Source: Malacoraja senta
Lineage: Eukaryota
Length of the DNA: 64,000 nt
Assembly (NCBI GenBank): GCA_038087875.1
Contig: CM075987.1
Coordinates: 14,260,001-14,324,000 of the forward strand
Reading direction: 5' to 3'
Shown: positions 25,903 through 40,139 of the stretch, in pieces
Layout of the letters: every line of letters begins with the position of its first letter
Position numbering within the stretch: the first letter of the stretch is position 1
Program-made: the position numbers and the translations under genes
Notes under the pieces: generated by a model
Told to the model about the DNA's origin: nothing
Databases searched by the model: none
Seen by the model: only the letters and a program-made list of their open reading frames with translations

Positions 25903-25981
25903 GGTGAGGTCAATAATTATTCAACAGGAAAAGGCACAAGATCGAGAACGGTTACTCCTCAAATTTATCAAAATTATGAAG
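25903..25981 (+). CDS. RAPGEF1: RAPGEF1 exon (VRSIIIQQEKAQDRERLLLKFIKIMK)
   Basis: AG/GT, phase 2/0. Confidence 0.96.
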
Positions 25982-26228
25982 GTTCGTAAACTGCTACACA
26001 ATATGTTGTAGCATTTCTCTGCTGTCACATTCTGAGAACTGTAAGATTTGCTGAATAAATAACTTGCATGACATATGTATTTAATATATAGAATGGTGCA
26101 TGGCTAGAAAACCTTGTGAAGCAAAATCTCACCAAAAATGGCCATGTAACTTTGAAACTTTGAAATCATTGCAGCAGATACTGAAATTCAACCTTTTGAT
26201 TTTTTTATAATTTCATTTTAATTTCTAG

Positions 26229-26330
26229 CACTTACGCAAACTGAATAATTTTAACTCGTACCTGGCTATATTATCTGCATTAGACTCGGCACCGATCCGC
26301 AGATTGGAATGGCAGAAGCAGACTTCAGAG
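26229..26330 (+). CDS. RAPGEF1: RAPGEF1 exon (HLRKLNNFNSYLAILSALDSAPIRRLEWQKQTSE)
   Basis: AG/GT, phase 0/0, RasGEF NNFNS motif. Confidence 0.96.
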
Positions 26331-27945
26331 GTAACGTTGTGATTTGTAGTTTTGTATGTTATGTCCAGGCTCCAATTTCTGCAGTAACTGGAAAACCTGT
26401 GCATAAATTGGTGCAAAATGTCTCCCGGGTGCCAAAAGCTGAATTTATGGTGACACAGCCCACTTTTACAAGGCTGCTATGGTATCATGTCTGTGTAGCA
26501 TTCTGTAAATGGGTATCCTCATTGCAAAAACATACTAGAAATAATTTTAAAACTTTGGAAATGAGCTGGTTGAATACTGTACGCCTAATAAATTCCTTTG
26601 CCACTTGGAATTCTTCATCTCCAGGATAGTCAGTTGAGTAAATTCAAAGCTGAGTGATTGCGTTTTTGATATTACAATCTAGGAATAAGAAGACTGCAGG
26701 ATAGTGGGCTTAAGACAAAATGTTCATTAATGTTGTTGAATGAATCTCAGAATGTTAATGTCTTTTTATTGATGTTCTTTTGTAATAGAGGTTATTTTAA
26801 GAGGTAGCAAAATGAAGGACCTTCCCAGTTATGACGATGGGTCGCAGACCCAAATCATTGCCTATTTTTCTTTCTACAGATGCTGCCCGACTGGAGTTTT
26901 TCCAGCATTTTTTTTTTACAGCAATATAAATGTATGAACTGTAGCATACCTTCCGTCCACGGTAACAAGCCAGGCATATCAGCACCTTGCTTTACAAAGT
27001 CCCTTGAGTAACCATCTAGATAAGAAACTTGTGACAAACTTTAGTACACAGTATTGTCATGTAATCTGTAGCATCAAGGCGCTTCTATATTATTGTAGGT
27101 CCTGCCTCCATGGTGTAAGTTGATGCTTGTCATGCAGCTGATTTTACAATGTGAGGCTCAGCAGAGCTAAACAGTGTTCCAAGAATGCTCGTGAGAATAT
27201 GTTTCAGAAGTCTACACCAATAATGGTTTAACTACAGAGATGACCAATGTTGTTGTTAAGCCTCTGCACTATGAACTAGAGAAAGATTGATAACGCAAAG
27301 GCAACTTGTGTTCAGGAGAACAGTGACAATGCACCCCTAAAGTGATCTGAACAGATTATGAAATCAGCTGTGAGTTTTCTTTGCACCTTCTTTTGCCACA
27401 CAAGAAGCTCATTATGTTCTCTAGTAATTGCTGTGGTAATCCTTTGCCAATTGTCCAAGGAAACACTGAGCTATTCTCTTGGGGAGGATGGCTGTTAAAG
27501 ATAAGCAGTCTGTGGCTTCAGGCTAACACACCTGTTTAAGGAAGATTGGATTTTAATTAATTCTCCAGAGTGTACTCAATAGTCTGAAACCGGAGTCGGT
27601 AAAGGTAGAATTGTATAGAAATTGCCACAGATCCGGTGCTAGCATTTGACATTGTTAGTGCCCCTCACTGTTCTATCTTCCTTCAACCATCCCATTTAGT
27701 TTATTCCACATTGTTGGCAGTCTCTATTTCAACCATTAATTATCTTACTTAACTGTAATAGCCAGTGAAATGCAAAATATTTCTCCCAAAACTCTCTTCT
27801 ATATTTAACCATTTTGCATATAATCTATCATTTTGTTCCCTGTGCTCTCAACCAGTGGAATCTAACGCTTTTATTTTATTGCTCATTATTATCTGCTCAT
27901 TATCTTTGCCCTAAGTCATTAAAAAGATTCATACTTCAACTAGTA

Positions 27946-30458
27946 CGATGCCCTCCATAATGTTTGGGACAAAGACCCATCATTTATTTATTTGCCTCTG
28001 TACTCCACAATTTGAGATTTGTAATAGAAAAAAATCACATGTGATTAAAGTGCACATTGTCAGGTTTTAATAAAGCCCATTTTTATACATTTTGGTTTCA
28101 CCATGCAGAAATTACAGCAGTGTTTATACATAGTACCCCCCATTTCAGGGCACCATAATGTTTGGGACACAGCACTGTCATGTAAATGAAAGTATTCATG
28201 TTTAGTATTTTGTTGCATATCCTTTGCATGCAATGACTGCTTGAAGTCTGCGATTCATAAACATCACCAGTTGCTGGGTGTCTTCTCTGGTGATGCTCTG
28301 CCAAGCCTGTATTGCAGCCATCTTTAGCTTATGCTTGTTTTGGGGTCTAGTCTCCTTCAGTTTTCTCTTCAGCAAAAAAAAAATATGCTCAATTGGGTTC
28401 AGATCGGGTGACTGACTTGGCCACTCAAGAATTGAACATCTTTTAGCTTTGGAAAAACTCCTTTGTTGCTTTAGCAGTATTTTGGGATCATTGGCTTGCT
28501 GTAGAACGAACCACCGGCCAATGAGCTTTGCCCTAAGTCATGAGGCATTTGTTTGAACTTGAGCAGCTATGAGGTGTCCATACACATCAGAATTCATTAT
28601 GCTACTACCCTCAGTAGTTGTATCATCAATGAAGATAAGTGAGCCAGTACCTTCAGCAGCCATACATGCCCAGGCCATAACACCCCCACCACTGTGTTTC
28701 ACAGATGAGGTGGTATGCTTTGGATCTTGGGCAGTTCCTTCTCTCCTCCATACTTTGCTCTTGCCAACACTCTGATATAATCTTAGTCTCATCTGTCCAC
28801 AAGACTTTTTTCCAGAACTGTGGTTGCTCTTTTAAGTACTTCTTGGCAAGCTGGAGCTCGGCCATCCTATTTTTGTGGCTAACCAGTTGTTTGCATCTTA
28901 CAGTGTAGCCTCTGTATTTCTGTTCATGAAGTCTTCTGCGGACAGTGGTCATTGACAAATCCACACCTGACTCCTGAAGAGTGTTTTTGATCTGTCGGAC
29001 AGGTGTTTGGGGGGGGGGGGGGTTTCTTTATTATAGAGAGAATTCTTCTGTCATCAGCTGTGGAGATCTTCCTTGGCCTGCCAGTCCCTTTACGATTAGT
29101 AAGCTCACCAGTGTTCTTTCTTCTTTTTTTTTTTTTTTATTTTTTTTTTTATTTTTTAGAAGTACGGTAGATTACAGTAATGTACAACACGTATATATTA
29201 ATACATTTTTTGTACCGCTTCACTTTTTTAAACTTTAAGAAAGAAAAAGAAAGAAGTAAGAAAAGTGAAGAAAGTGCGCAAAGGTTGTGAAGTGCAAAAG
29301 AGTGTTGGGAAAAGAAAGCCCCTTAGAAAAGAAGTTAGAGAAGGAAGTAAAGTTAGAAAATAGACCCTAGAAAAAAAAAGAGAAAGAAAGAAGGAACAAT
29401 CGCTCTATTATAACTCTTATACCATACTTCATAGAGAAGGAACTACCAACCAAGTCTGTTTTTATTTTACCTCCCATTACCAGGTCCAGATACCTTTTAT
29501 TTATTTATTTGTTTTTCTAAATTACTATTGCACCTCATGCTTGTAATAGGTCCAAAAACGTAGACCACGTCTTTTGAAATTGATCTACTTTGCCTACTAG
29601 GAGGAATCTCATCTCTTCCAGATGTAATGTTTCCAACATATTTGATGTCCACATTTTTATTGTTGGTGTGGGCGCATTTTTCCAGAATTTAAGTATAAGC
29701 TTTTTTCCCATTATTAGCCCATAATTGAGTAAATTCTTCTGATACACGTTTAATTCAGGAATACCTTCCGATATTCCAAAAATAATCCATTCTGGTTTTG
29801 GTACCAGTTTTATTTTGATTAATTTTGAAAAAATATCAAATATTTCAAACCAGAATTTTTGGATTTTTGTACAAAAAACAAAAGAATGTGCTATGGTAGC
29901 TTCTTGACATATACATTTATCACAGATTGGTGAGACGTTAGGAAAGATTTTATTTAGTTTGGTTTTTGAATAAGTGTTCTTTCTTCTTAATGATGTTCCA
30001 AACAGTTGATTTTGGTAAGCCTAAGGTTTGGCTGATGTCTCTAACAGTTTTATTCTTGTTTCTCAGTCTCATAATGGCTGCTTTTACTTTCATTGGCACA
30101 ACTTGGTCCTCATGTTGATAAACAGTAAAAATTTCCAAAGGTGATGGAAAGTTTAGGTGCTGAGCTCTCTCTTATACCTGCATTAAGGAGGCAATTAAAC
30201 ACACCTGAGCAATTACAAATGCTAGTGAAGCCATGTGTCCCAAACATTATGGTGCCCTGAAATGGGGCGACTATGTATAAACACTGCTGTAATTTCTACA
30301 TGGTGAAACCAAAATGTATAAAAATGGCCTTTATTAAAATCTGACAATGTGCACCTTAACCACATGTGATTTTTTTTTCTGTTACAAATCTCAAACTGTG
30401 GAGTAGTATCAAATAAATAAATGACGGGTCTTTGTCCCAAACATTATGGAGGGCACTG
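27946..30458 (-). mobile_element. Tc1-family transposon (IR/DR type), disrupted, carrying an L1 insertion
   Basis: TA flanks; ~225-bp inverted repeats (27946-28171, 30234-30458) each with two CATAATGTTTGGGACA direct repeats; HTH (TLGLPKSTVWNII), WTDETK and SPDLNPIE motifs. Confidence 0.93.
29126..29972 (-). mobile_element. 5'-truncated L1-clade LINE with poly(A) and 16-bp TSD
   Basis: TSD AGTGTTCTTTCTTCTT (29110-25, 29973-88); poly(T) on +; ORF2 C-terminal zinc knuckle CDKC..H....C. Confidence 0.88.
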
Positions 30459-30502
30459 TAGCTGTGTTATTGATGGACAAATTACCTTGCATTTATTTTC
30501 AG

Positions 30503-30600
30503 GGTCTGGCTGAATACTGCACACTCATTGATAGCTCCTCTTCATTTCGAGCCTATCGAGCTGCTTTGGCAGAGGTGGAGCCACCCTGTATACCTTACCT
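30503..30600 (+). CDS. RAPGEF1: RAPGEF1 exon (GLAEYCTLIDSSSSFRAYRAALAEVEPPCIPYL)
   Basis: AG/GT, phase 0/2, PCIPYL motif. Confidence 0.96.
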
Positions 30601-31361
30601 GTAAGTACTCAACTCGCTGTTGTGCTGAAGGAAGTCTTGTTGATTAATGTTGTTCTCAGCAAATCAATTATTTCCGTTTCAAATACTGAACATGGCATAG
30701 TAATTTATTTCCAAATTTTGCCAATATGAACAGCTGATCTGGCATTCAAGGGTCAAATTGGAAGAAACCTGAGAGCATCTACAGGCAGCAGGTGCTGCAA
30801 AATGTGGGGGACCCTTGATACTACTGGATACAAGTAATCCAACAGTTCATCCCAAACTCCCAGATTCAGTTACTCTGAAGACATTATTTACATCCAATTT
30901 TGCACACAAACTTACCATAACTGCAAAGTCATTTTTTCTTTCTTATTTGCAAACTTTAAAATGCAAAGGAAAATTTGCCAGTGGTGTTTCTTAATGTTGA
31001 TAGGTTGTGAGTGTAGTGAGCAATTCTTATTCTGGAAGTTTATTTTGTGATGTGACAATAATGAATTCAAGGAAAGCACCATATGTTTCAGCAACTGTGT
31101 ACATCTGAGAGTTGCTTACAATGGACTATCACTGCTTGGATATTGCCACAAATCCCCAAAAATCTGTTCCCATTTTGTTCTTAATCCATTGAAAGGAAAA
31201 AAATAAACCTCCCAGCGTTCAGGTAGATGACAAAAAAAGAAAGCATGAGAGAGAGTGGGTTACAGGCAAATGAGGGGAATGAACAGATGAAATTGCTTGG
31301 CTGGGAGCCAGCATGGACCCGGAAGTAGGCTGGAAGGACAGACTGCTGTGTCAATAAAGGT

Positions 31362-31632
31362 CGTCAAGTCGAGAGTTTATTGTCATGTGTCCCAGATAGG
31401 ACAATGAAATTCTTGCTTGCTGCAGCACAACAAAATATTGTAAGCAAAAATACAGAACAGTTCAGTTCAATATACACATAAATAAGCAGATAAAGTGCAA
31501 TAGGCTGTTACAATTCAGAGTCTGTTTGTTGGCGAGTTTAATAGCCTGATGGCTGTGGGGAAGAGGCTGTTCCTGAACCTGGATGTAACAGATTTCAGGC
31601 TCCTGTACCTTCTACCCAATGGTAGCGGGCAG
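31362..31632 (-). mobile_element. Rex1/Babar-type LINE 3' end
   Basis: Similar in layout and sequence to 1215-1520. Confidence 0.6.
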
Positions 31633-33790
31633 AAGGAACTAATTACAAGACTTGCCTTTGTGTTGGGAATCCTGGTTCTCGGTACTGGTGTACATCAACT
31701 GGTATCTTCAGCCTGCACCATGTGCTGCTCTTGTGTAGTGGTGCGATCAACTACAGGTCCCCAGCTCCAGCTAAGACATCTGGCCATCAGCCTGCTCTAG
31801 GTTAACCCAGCACCTAATGATGTCAGCACTCATTCAAATTAATGGTAGGCATTGACTCAGTGCAGGTTTAACTTGGAGTTTTAATGATTTTAGAATTGCA
31901 TATCTGTTTTTCAGCTTCACAAATGTTAAGAGTTTTTAAATTGTTTTTTGGGTTTTTTTTGTTTGCCCTAAGTGCTACTGAAGGTTGTGACTGTTAAAAA
32001 ATGTTCAACCATTCAGTAGTCCTACCCACATTGATGGCTCTAACAACCATGTTGGTGGCTGGAGGTTGTCCCTCAACTGCAGCCTGAACGATGACTGTGC
32101 CTCTGCTGCCAGCACATTGCCATGGGCCACATTGAAACCAACATAATTGCCGAGGGGCTGACAGTCACGTGTGGGGCTGTTCTAGTGCCATGGCACCATT
32201 TCCAGGAAGGCTATTGCATGTCTTAAGTTTAAATACTGTGCTTTTAGCTGTGATTCTTTTGGTAGTACCTATATCACCTAATCAGTAGATTGTGGGCCCA
32301 AGTGCATCACTCCTGAGTGCAGTACTTTTGGAGATCCCTTAGTTAGCTGTGATTTAAAAAAAAAAAATGTAAACCCAATATCAATCAATCAACTTCATTA
32401 AAGCAGATCATCCCATCATTTTGACATTGCATGTAACTTCACAGCAGACTTTGCTTCATTCTAGTGGTGACTACCAGGTTCTTTGATATTTTGGGATGCC
32501 CAGGCAATAGGAAAGTTACAGTACAAGTCAGCGTAAATCTTTTTCTCAACAGTACAACGCTCATTCGGTGCAACGCTGAAAAGTTTTGCTACAAAGGACA
32601 GATACAATTTCATGTTGAAGTCTCATCAGATACAGCCTAGAGCACCACATCCTCCATGCTGCAGTACAGCGGCAGCATATTTGATGTGTTGCAACTTGAA
32701 CTATGATGGTCTGTCGCTGCCACGACTGAGCCAAGCCCAGCATTGTATAATACATGCCCATTACATGGTGCCAGAACTTATAGGACACATTGTCAAACCC
32801 TGACATCCATGCTGAAAGTGCATTTTAAACAATCTCAAGTTTTGTTCATTTGTACATCCTCATTTACAATGGGAAGTATGCCATTATTAGAAGGTGAGTG
32901 CATGTTTCAAGTTAATACAGGAAGTTCCCAAGACCTACATAAATAGAGACTAAACAGAAAGGAAATGATGACAAGTATGTATACATTTTTTAATTATTGA
33001 TTTATCAAAAAAATATAAATCCTTTTTGATGCAAAAACAGAAGAACAGAGTACTTTTTCAATGGCGACAGATTAGGAAATGGATTTAGGTGTACAAGTTC
33101 AGCAAGTAACAAAGATTCACCAGACTTATTCACACAGACACTTTTGCCATCTGAGAAGAGTGCAAATGGACCAAGGCTGTGTTGTTAGAATTAGTAAGAA
33201 TTGGAGGTATTCTCATTGAAACTTACAACATTCAACCAGAGTTTCCTGAAGTATGGAAAAAATAAATCACTGGTGGTTGCGAATCTTTGGAATTCTTCAC
33301 CCTGAGGACAGTGCTGGACCAGTCATTCAGAATGGATGGATTAGTGGATGTTGAGAGCATCAAGGGAAGTGGGGTCAGTGCAAAACAATGGAGATGAGAT
33401 CGATCAGTTGTGATGCTTAGGCCTGTTCCTGCTTGTTTGCTTCTGTCAGCTTCGTGATGGACCAGTGCTAACTTTTGTTGTGCTTGACAGCCACTTTATC
33501 CCATTGATTGTCAAAAAATGATTAAAATTCACCCATGTAAGTGTATGAATAGAAGCAAGTAACTGCAGAATTCTTGGTGGTTAATGATGAAAGATCTAGG
33601 TTATTGTAGGCCGCAGAGTGGGATTTCTGACATGACAGACCTTGACATTGCACCACTGTTAGCTACAACATTTTTGGGACTTATACCAAGAATTTAATTG
33701 ACGTTCTGTTTCTTGGCGTAAAACCACATGCAAAAAATGAGCAGGAGTTTGCAGAAAGTTTGTGATGTTTGCCTGATTTTATTTCTACAG

Positions 33791-33919
33791 GGGTCTTATT
33801 CTGCAAGACCTGACCTTTGTTCACCTTGGTAACCCAGATCTAATAGATGGAAAGATCAACTTTTCTAAACGATGGCAGCAGTTTAATATCTTGGATAGTA
33901 TGCGGCGCTTCCAGCAAAT
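33791..33919 (+). CDS. RAPGEF1: RAPGEF1 exon (GLILQDLTFVHLGNPD...INFSKRWQQF...FQQ)
   Basis: AG/GT, phase 2/2, GNPD and NFSK motifs. Confidence 0.96.
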
Positions 33920-34331
33920 GTAAGTATTCTGAACTCAGCTGGATTTCAAAAAATATATACTTCACCCCGAAAGATGTGGCCAAGGTACAGGAATACAATC
34001 TTTCGAATTAGATTTTTTCTAAAGGGTGATTAGTGCACTTTTTAAATGTACGATAGGTGAGGGGAGAAGAACTTTACCTGTTCCACAGGCTCTGTTCAGC
34101 TGTGGGAGGTTGATGGAGTGAAAGTAGGAGGAAGGAGAAAATAATTAGTCTCATTCCATGATTTCTTTCACTACATAACCCAGATTAAAACCTTGGCATA
34201 GTAGCAATGCATACGAGTTCTCATAACACTTTGGAGAATGATTAGAGGGGCACTGGCTCATATTAAAATCCCTCTGCTCGCTTTTTTAATGTAACAAACA
34301 CTTTGATGATGGTGACCTTTTCTTTTCTCAG

Positions 34332-34482
34332 TCATTATGAACTAAAGCGCATTGATGACATTGTGACGTTTTTCAATGACTTTGGAGATCATCTTGCTGA
34401 GGAAGCGCTGTGGGAACTCTCGCTAAAAATCAAACCACGTAATATTCAACGACGGAAGACAGAGCGGGAAGAGAAAACCTAG
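34332..34482 (+). CDS. RAPGEF1: RAPGEF1 last coding exon, TAG at 34480-34482
   Basis: AG acceptor; HYELKRIDD...REEKT*. Confidence 0.96.
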
Positions 34483-37400
34483 GATGCACCTATGGAGGCT
34501 CAACCTTACATGGCAGCTAAAGAACCCTATTAAGTGACTTGCTTTACAAGAGCTGCAGAAACTGGTTCATGCTCTGGTGCTACACCTTCTGAGCTTAATT
34601 TTAGAACGGACGTAGAACAGGTGGCGCCGCTCTAAGGAAACGTTCCCAGTTTAATGCCATTGCCTGCGTTCAATTTCCTCTCCTACCATCGTGCCAAGCT
34701 GTTTCGGGTGTCCTCCACAGGACCCACTCATGCAGCTCAGTTTATCTGCAGACCCAGTGACCGGCAGGTAAACTCTGTTTTGGAGACAGATTGTTGGGTA
34801 TAAAGGTACGGCAGTTCACTCATTGGTAGTGGACTTTTCTTTATAGAATAACAAATAGTGGTACTAGCAATTGCACAGAACCTTAAAATACAATTCTGTA
34901 CTGTAGGAGAAAGACTGGCTCACTGTAAATACTAGATTGCTAGTTTGATGTGTTGTAATGGATTTTTTTTTTGCATGTGTATGACTGAATGCCAGTAACT
35001 GAAGATCTGATGGGAGGTAAATATAATTCAATAGCAGACTGAAGCCTTTAAGCCAGGGTGTTATTCAGAGGGGAGAGTGGCTCCTAATTCTCCAATATTT
35101 TCAGATAACAGATCCCCAACAGGTCAACAGACGCTATTGTACTGTTTCTGCATGGACTCTGCCTTTTAAGGGTCTAAAATACGCTCTTTTTTAAAGACAC
35201 TCGGTTCATTGCTGGAAACTGAGTCTGCATTTGAAACATTTAAAATAATGGGCAAAGATCGGTGTTTGTCTGAAGTTTCTGTATATAGCAAGCCAAAAGT
35301 TAACTTTTTAATCCATCAAATAGTGAATTAACTTCTATTCGGCAGATCTTACTAACTTGTGAAACATAAAAGCTACTGTGCAGAATGCCACCCTTGCTGC
35401 TTTGGGTTGTTACGCAACAAGCTGTTAATGTTGTCTAGGTTTGCACACCGGCAAAGGAAATTCACCATGCTTGTTTAATTTGTAATAATCATCAGCTAAG
35501 CCTGAAGAGTTACCTTCCAGGGTGTTAAAGTGAAGCTCAAGATGCAGCACGTGTCCTGCTTACAATCCAGTATAAAAGCCCAGTCCAGAAATCCCCTGGC
35601 TCTCATTGTGGCCCTACTGATCTGTTGTTGTATGTTTAAACATTTAGTTTATCAAACAGTAGCAGGCATGAAATGTGCAAACTCGTTGCTGATACAGATA
35701 TGGGGATGTTCTTTCTGAACTATATTAATATCAAACTAATTCAGCACAATTTTAAGTGCAGTTCCTGTTCCTAGGCAGATGATTGGGTTACAAGATGGCC
35801 AAGACATACAGGTACTTGATAAAAGAGTCAAATGAGTGTAGTATGAACACAAGAACCCGTTTAAAATAACTAGTAACAGATTAGTGGCAGAAACACTGTG
35901 CTGTTTTGACATTTTAAAAATTAACACTGAGTGCAGCTAATTTTGAAATTTCAATGAGATCAGCAACATGTGGGCAATGCAAGTGTTGGCCCCAAGGATT
36001 TCCCTGCAAAGTGCCCTTCAAACACGGTCTAAAATGCCACATAAAGCAATTCTGATCTTGATTTAGACTCCACATTGATACATCGCACAATATTTAAATA
36101 AGTGATGCAATTTCATCTTTTTGCTACTGGCTCTAGGGAAAGGTTGGTCCAGGTTTAAATAGAGATGATGTTAACATGTGTATAGCCAAATGTGTCCCAA
36201 GTTGCCCAAATTGGTGATATCTCATCCTTGGCCCTGTTGAAACTTTGTTTTGCTGTACACCTCACCCCAGCCCAGAGATATATCTATGACAATGAGCTTG
36301 ATGGGCAGCTTATTATCGTAGGGAACCTCTGAGCTAGCGAGAGCTGTGCATTTGGGGACAGAGGGGGACAACAGATTCAAACACATCCAATATGAGCGGT
36401 CGAGAGACTATAGTCTGGCAGTTCCCAGCAATTCCTGGCACTCTCCATGCCGTCTGTGACGCAGCCAGAGTTCTGAGCCCTACATCTCGGTGCTGAATAA
36501 TCCCACTGTTTGCACCAAGCTAGCAGAGTGGTTAGTGTCAGGATCCTGTCACAGCAGCAAGGAGGGCAGGGGTTCATCAACTTCCTGGTACAGCATGTAG
36601 CCCAGACAGGGAGGACCATGAGTTCACTATGTATTGATACTGTGAATAACATTTTAAAATAACACAAATTTAAACAAGACCAGATTTTGTTGTTTTTATT
36701 GATTGGAGACCCCTTGAGATTTGAAATAGATTGTGTTTCCAGGCCTTCCAGATAGTGTAAAGTGAAGAATCAATGTCTGTTTTGAGCTGGGTTTTGGATC
36801 CATAACACCTAAACTTTATTTTGTCACAAAATCTGTAAATCACTGATCCTAAACTAGGAATTGGATGTTTATCATCAAGCTTTCTACATTTAATTTACAC
36901 ATAGTTTCTTAAATTGTGTGTGCAGTTCATTTTGAAATGACCATCTCAAGCAAATTTACTTGGGCATCATAAAGAGTTTAAACTGAGATGTGAGGTAATG
37001 TCAAACAAATTTTTACCATATTTTTAACCACATGCTCTGCTATTATTATCAGAATTGTTGGTCGTACTCCGTGTGCTTCCGCTTCAGTTCTCCACATGAT
37101 CTCCTGGTCATGTAATTTCCCCATCCTGCTTTTTAGTCATGGGTTATTTTCCATTGACATTTTGTTTGTTTATTTCTGTTAACTGGGCGCTGCGGTCTTT
37201 CCATTGTCCCAGTTGTCTCACGGTGAGCTAAGCACTCAACCACCACTTTGAGGGGATCATAGTTCTGCTCGTGGGATGTTGGGAACTGGGAAGACTCGAT
37301 CACAAAATAAGCATTCGACCATTCATGTCTCACATGATAAGAATTCTCTTCAGAGATTTGGATCTTTGGAAATTCAAAGCAGCAAGAATGGAAGATCAGT

Positions 37401-40087
37401 CACTGATGGTATTTACGACGAATGATAGATTGGTTGGATATTGGAGAAACGAGGTTAGTATAGGAAGGAGGCATGGAGTAAAAGAGCTGTCATGATCTTG
37501 TTGAGCAGATGAGGGCTAGATGGTTTACACCTGTTATCTTAAATATTTCATAATGCACTGCACCATTCCAGGCCCTCTGCTATTGACATTTGTCAGCAAA
37601 TTTGTTTAGCCAAGTTCCAACATTTATTCTTGTAATTGGAACTATGCATATGCTTAATCCAGGAACGATCATAATTCTTCTATGTTCCATCAGTGAAAAC
37701 TTTTTGTCATGCAGTGGCTATGTGGTATTGGTATTGCCAGACGTTGGGAAATTATTTCTACTCTTGTGCACCTTTACAATGAACAATGCAATGCTGCCTT
37801 TTTTATATGGTTTCACTGTCTTGGGGGGGGTCTAGGTATTAGTGGCAAAGCCAGCATTTATTGCCCAGCCCTAATTGCTGGAGAGTTTTCCATCATACTC
37901 CTGACTTGTGCCTTGCAGATTGTGGAAATGAGTTGGGGTGTCAGTTGCTGTGTAAGGTGCCTAATCTGACCTATTCTTGTGACCATGGTATTTATAGTTG
38001 ATCCACTTATAATTCTGTCAATAGTGAACATTCAGAGACATTATGATGCTAATGCCATTGACGCATTATTAGGTTGTAGAACTTTCTCTTATTGGATTTA
38101 TTTAATTGGCAATTTGTCAGCCCAAGACTATATGCTACCGAGGTCTTAATGTATGTAGAACAAGGGCTGCTTCATTACAGCAAATGGAATTGAATATTGT
38201 GTAATCCACAGTAAATATCCCACTTTTAACCTTGTAGTGTGCATTTTAAGTTTAAAACATGAAAATACACTGGCTCTAGCCTAATTAGCAATATTACTAG
38301 GGTGCTTTCTGCAATGTTTTGTTTTGTAAAATGCCACATCAATTCAAATCCGACATGGCTTTGGAACAACTAGTTTCAAAGTTTTATGCATCTAGCCACT
38401 CAGTTGGATGAAGTGCAAACTGTTTTATGGTTGTGTGGCAGTTTGGAAAGGATAACCTGCTAATTTAAACAGTGAGATGTGTACAGAGTAGTTCATTTTG
38501 TTGCCTTGGATCATGTTGATAGTTCAGAGGTTTCTTTGCTTCACTATCTGAATTGTACTCTATCTGCTTTCATTAAATTTCATTGACCTGGCTGGGTAGG
38601 AGAAAATTCAAAGTATTTCCTATGGAAAGTTACCTTCAAACTCTATTGCAGTTTTCTAAAATAAAAGGAACTGAAAACATCTTAGCCAGATCTGTCATGT
38701 TACATGGATGTTAATGCTGAACAGTATATTAACCTGTACTATTACTCAAAATATTTAGGGCTTTACTTTTACCCGGTCCCTATCTTCGGGCAGCTTACAA
38801 TGGCAGGAAGGGACAAGATCCAGATTGTATTATGTTTAAGTGAATTTTGCTTATGACCAGTTATTTATTTATTGTCACAGTTGTGTATAGAACTAACAAT
38901 TGTATTTGAACTGTATTTTCAATTGACCATCAGCCTGAACGCTAGCTTTTTAGTTAGTGGTAACAATGTCCATGTTGACTTTCAAGATGTTAAGACCAGC
39001 AGGAAACTTGAGGAGAATGGTATTAATGTTGCATGGAGCATATTTCTATTGAATGCAATATCACATTGACAGTTCCTAATCGGAATTGAACTTGATAAGA
39101 TCAATCATGGCCACTCTAGAATATAGGATCATTTATTTTTAAGCAGCATAATCCAGTGCTTGTTTGGCTCTTCTGAATTTTGCCCAATGTTCACCTATTA
39201 AATTTAGATAAATGATCAACGTTTTGGAGAAAAGTTAAACTATTGCTCTCAAGTATGTGATTTTTGTGCTCCTTTTGAAATCTTGTTGAGGAAGCAAGAA
39301 TGAAACGAGTACTGATTATTGAAGTTACAACTGCATGATATGTGTGTGAAATATTTCAATTTAAAGAGGATGCAACAGTAAATTGAATCTGAAATAGGAC
39401 AGGTCTATTAGTTTAGGAAATTTGTGACCTAAAAGGAAACAAAATGCACTTGAAGTGTATCATAAGTCTAAGTTGAGTTTCTGCAGATTCTGGATTCCCG
39501 ACATCCAAAAACTATCAATTTTTATTATACTTTTGAACTAATCTTGTACATTTAACAATGTCCCTTTTTACAAACGAAATCATTTTTTAATAAAAGGGAG
39601 CATAGGGCATTGTAGGGCCAGCCACTGAGCCCTTACCAAAGCACCTTATGTTGATTGGTGTTGAACTTGCACCAGCTGTGGGCGAATAACTGAGTAGTTG
39701 GTCACTTTTAATGTGCTGGAGCTCTAATGTAATTATAATGGCAATGTCACCTATTAATAACCATCTGACTTCAGGACCATGACAGGTGTTTGTCAACAGC
39801 AATTAATAAATGACTGATTTGCTTTTAATTGGTGGCTGCTTTAATCTAGATGTGGGGGTCCTAGTTAAATTTAACTAGACTTGTTAACCCATGCAAATTA
39901 CATGTTGTCTTGTCTTAGATCTGTCTCAATCATATTGTTATTGCACTGTTGTGTTGTGCTAATTGCTCAAAGAATTTATAAAATCAATGGATGCTTTAGT
40001 TGGCTTAAGTGCCCAAACTTGAAGAAATTCTCCAAGAGCCACAAGCTAACATTGATGCCAGCCTCGACCTTGCTTGAGTATTACTCA

Positions 40088-40093
40088 TTTATT
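40088..40093 (-). promoter_or_regulatory. Candidate distal poly(A) signal of NUP188
   Basis: TTTATT on + (AATAAA on -) near the end of the A-rich block. Confidence 0.35.
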
Positions 40094-40139
40094 ATAAATG
40101 TCAAGTTCCTACAACCATTTCAAATGTAACTTTTTTTTA

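Larger units (their letters stand above)
4813..34482 (+). other. RAPGEF1: RAPGEF1 (C3G) gene span in window, 5' part upstream of window
   Basis: Spliced exons give the REM and CDC25-homology domains and the C-terminus ...ALWELSLKIKPRNIQRRKTEREEKT*, recognised as vertebrate C3G; phases consistent throughout. Confidence 0.97.
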
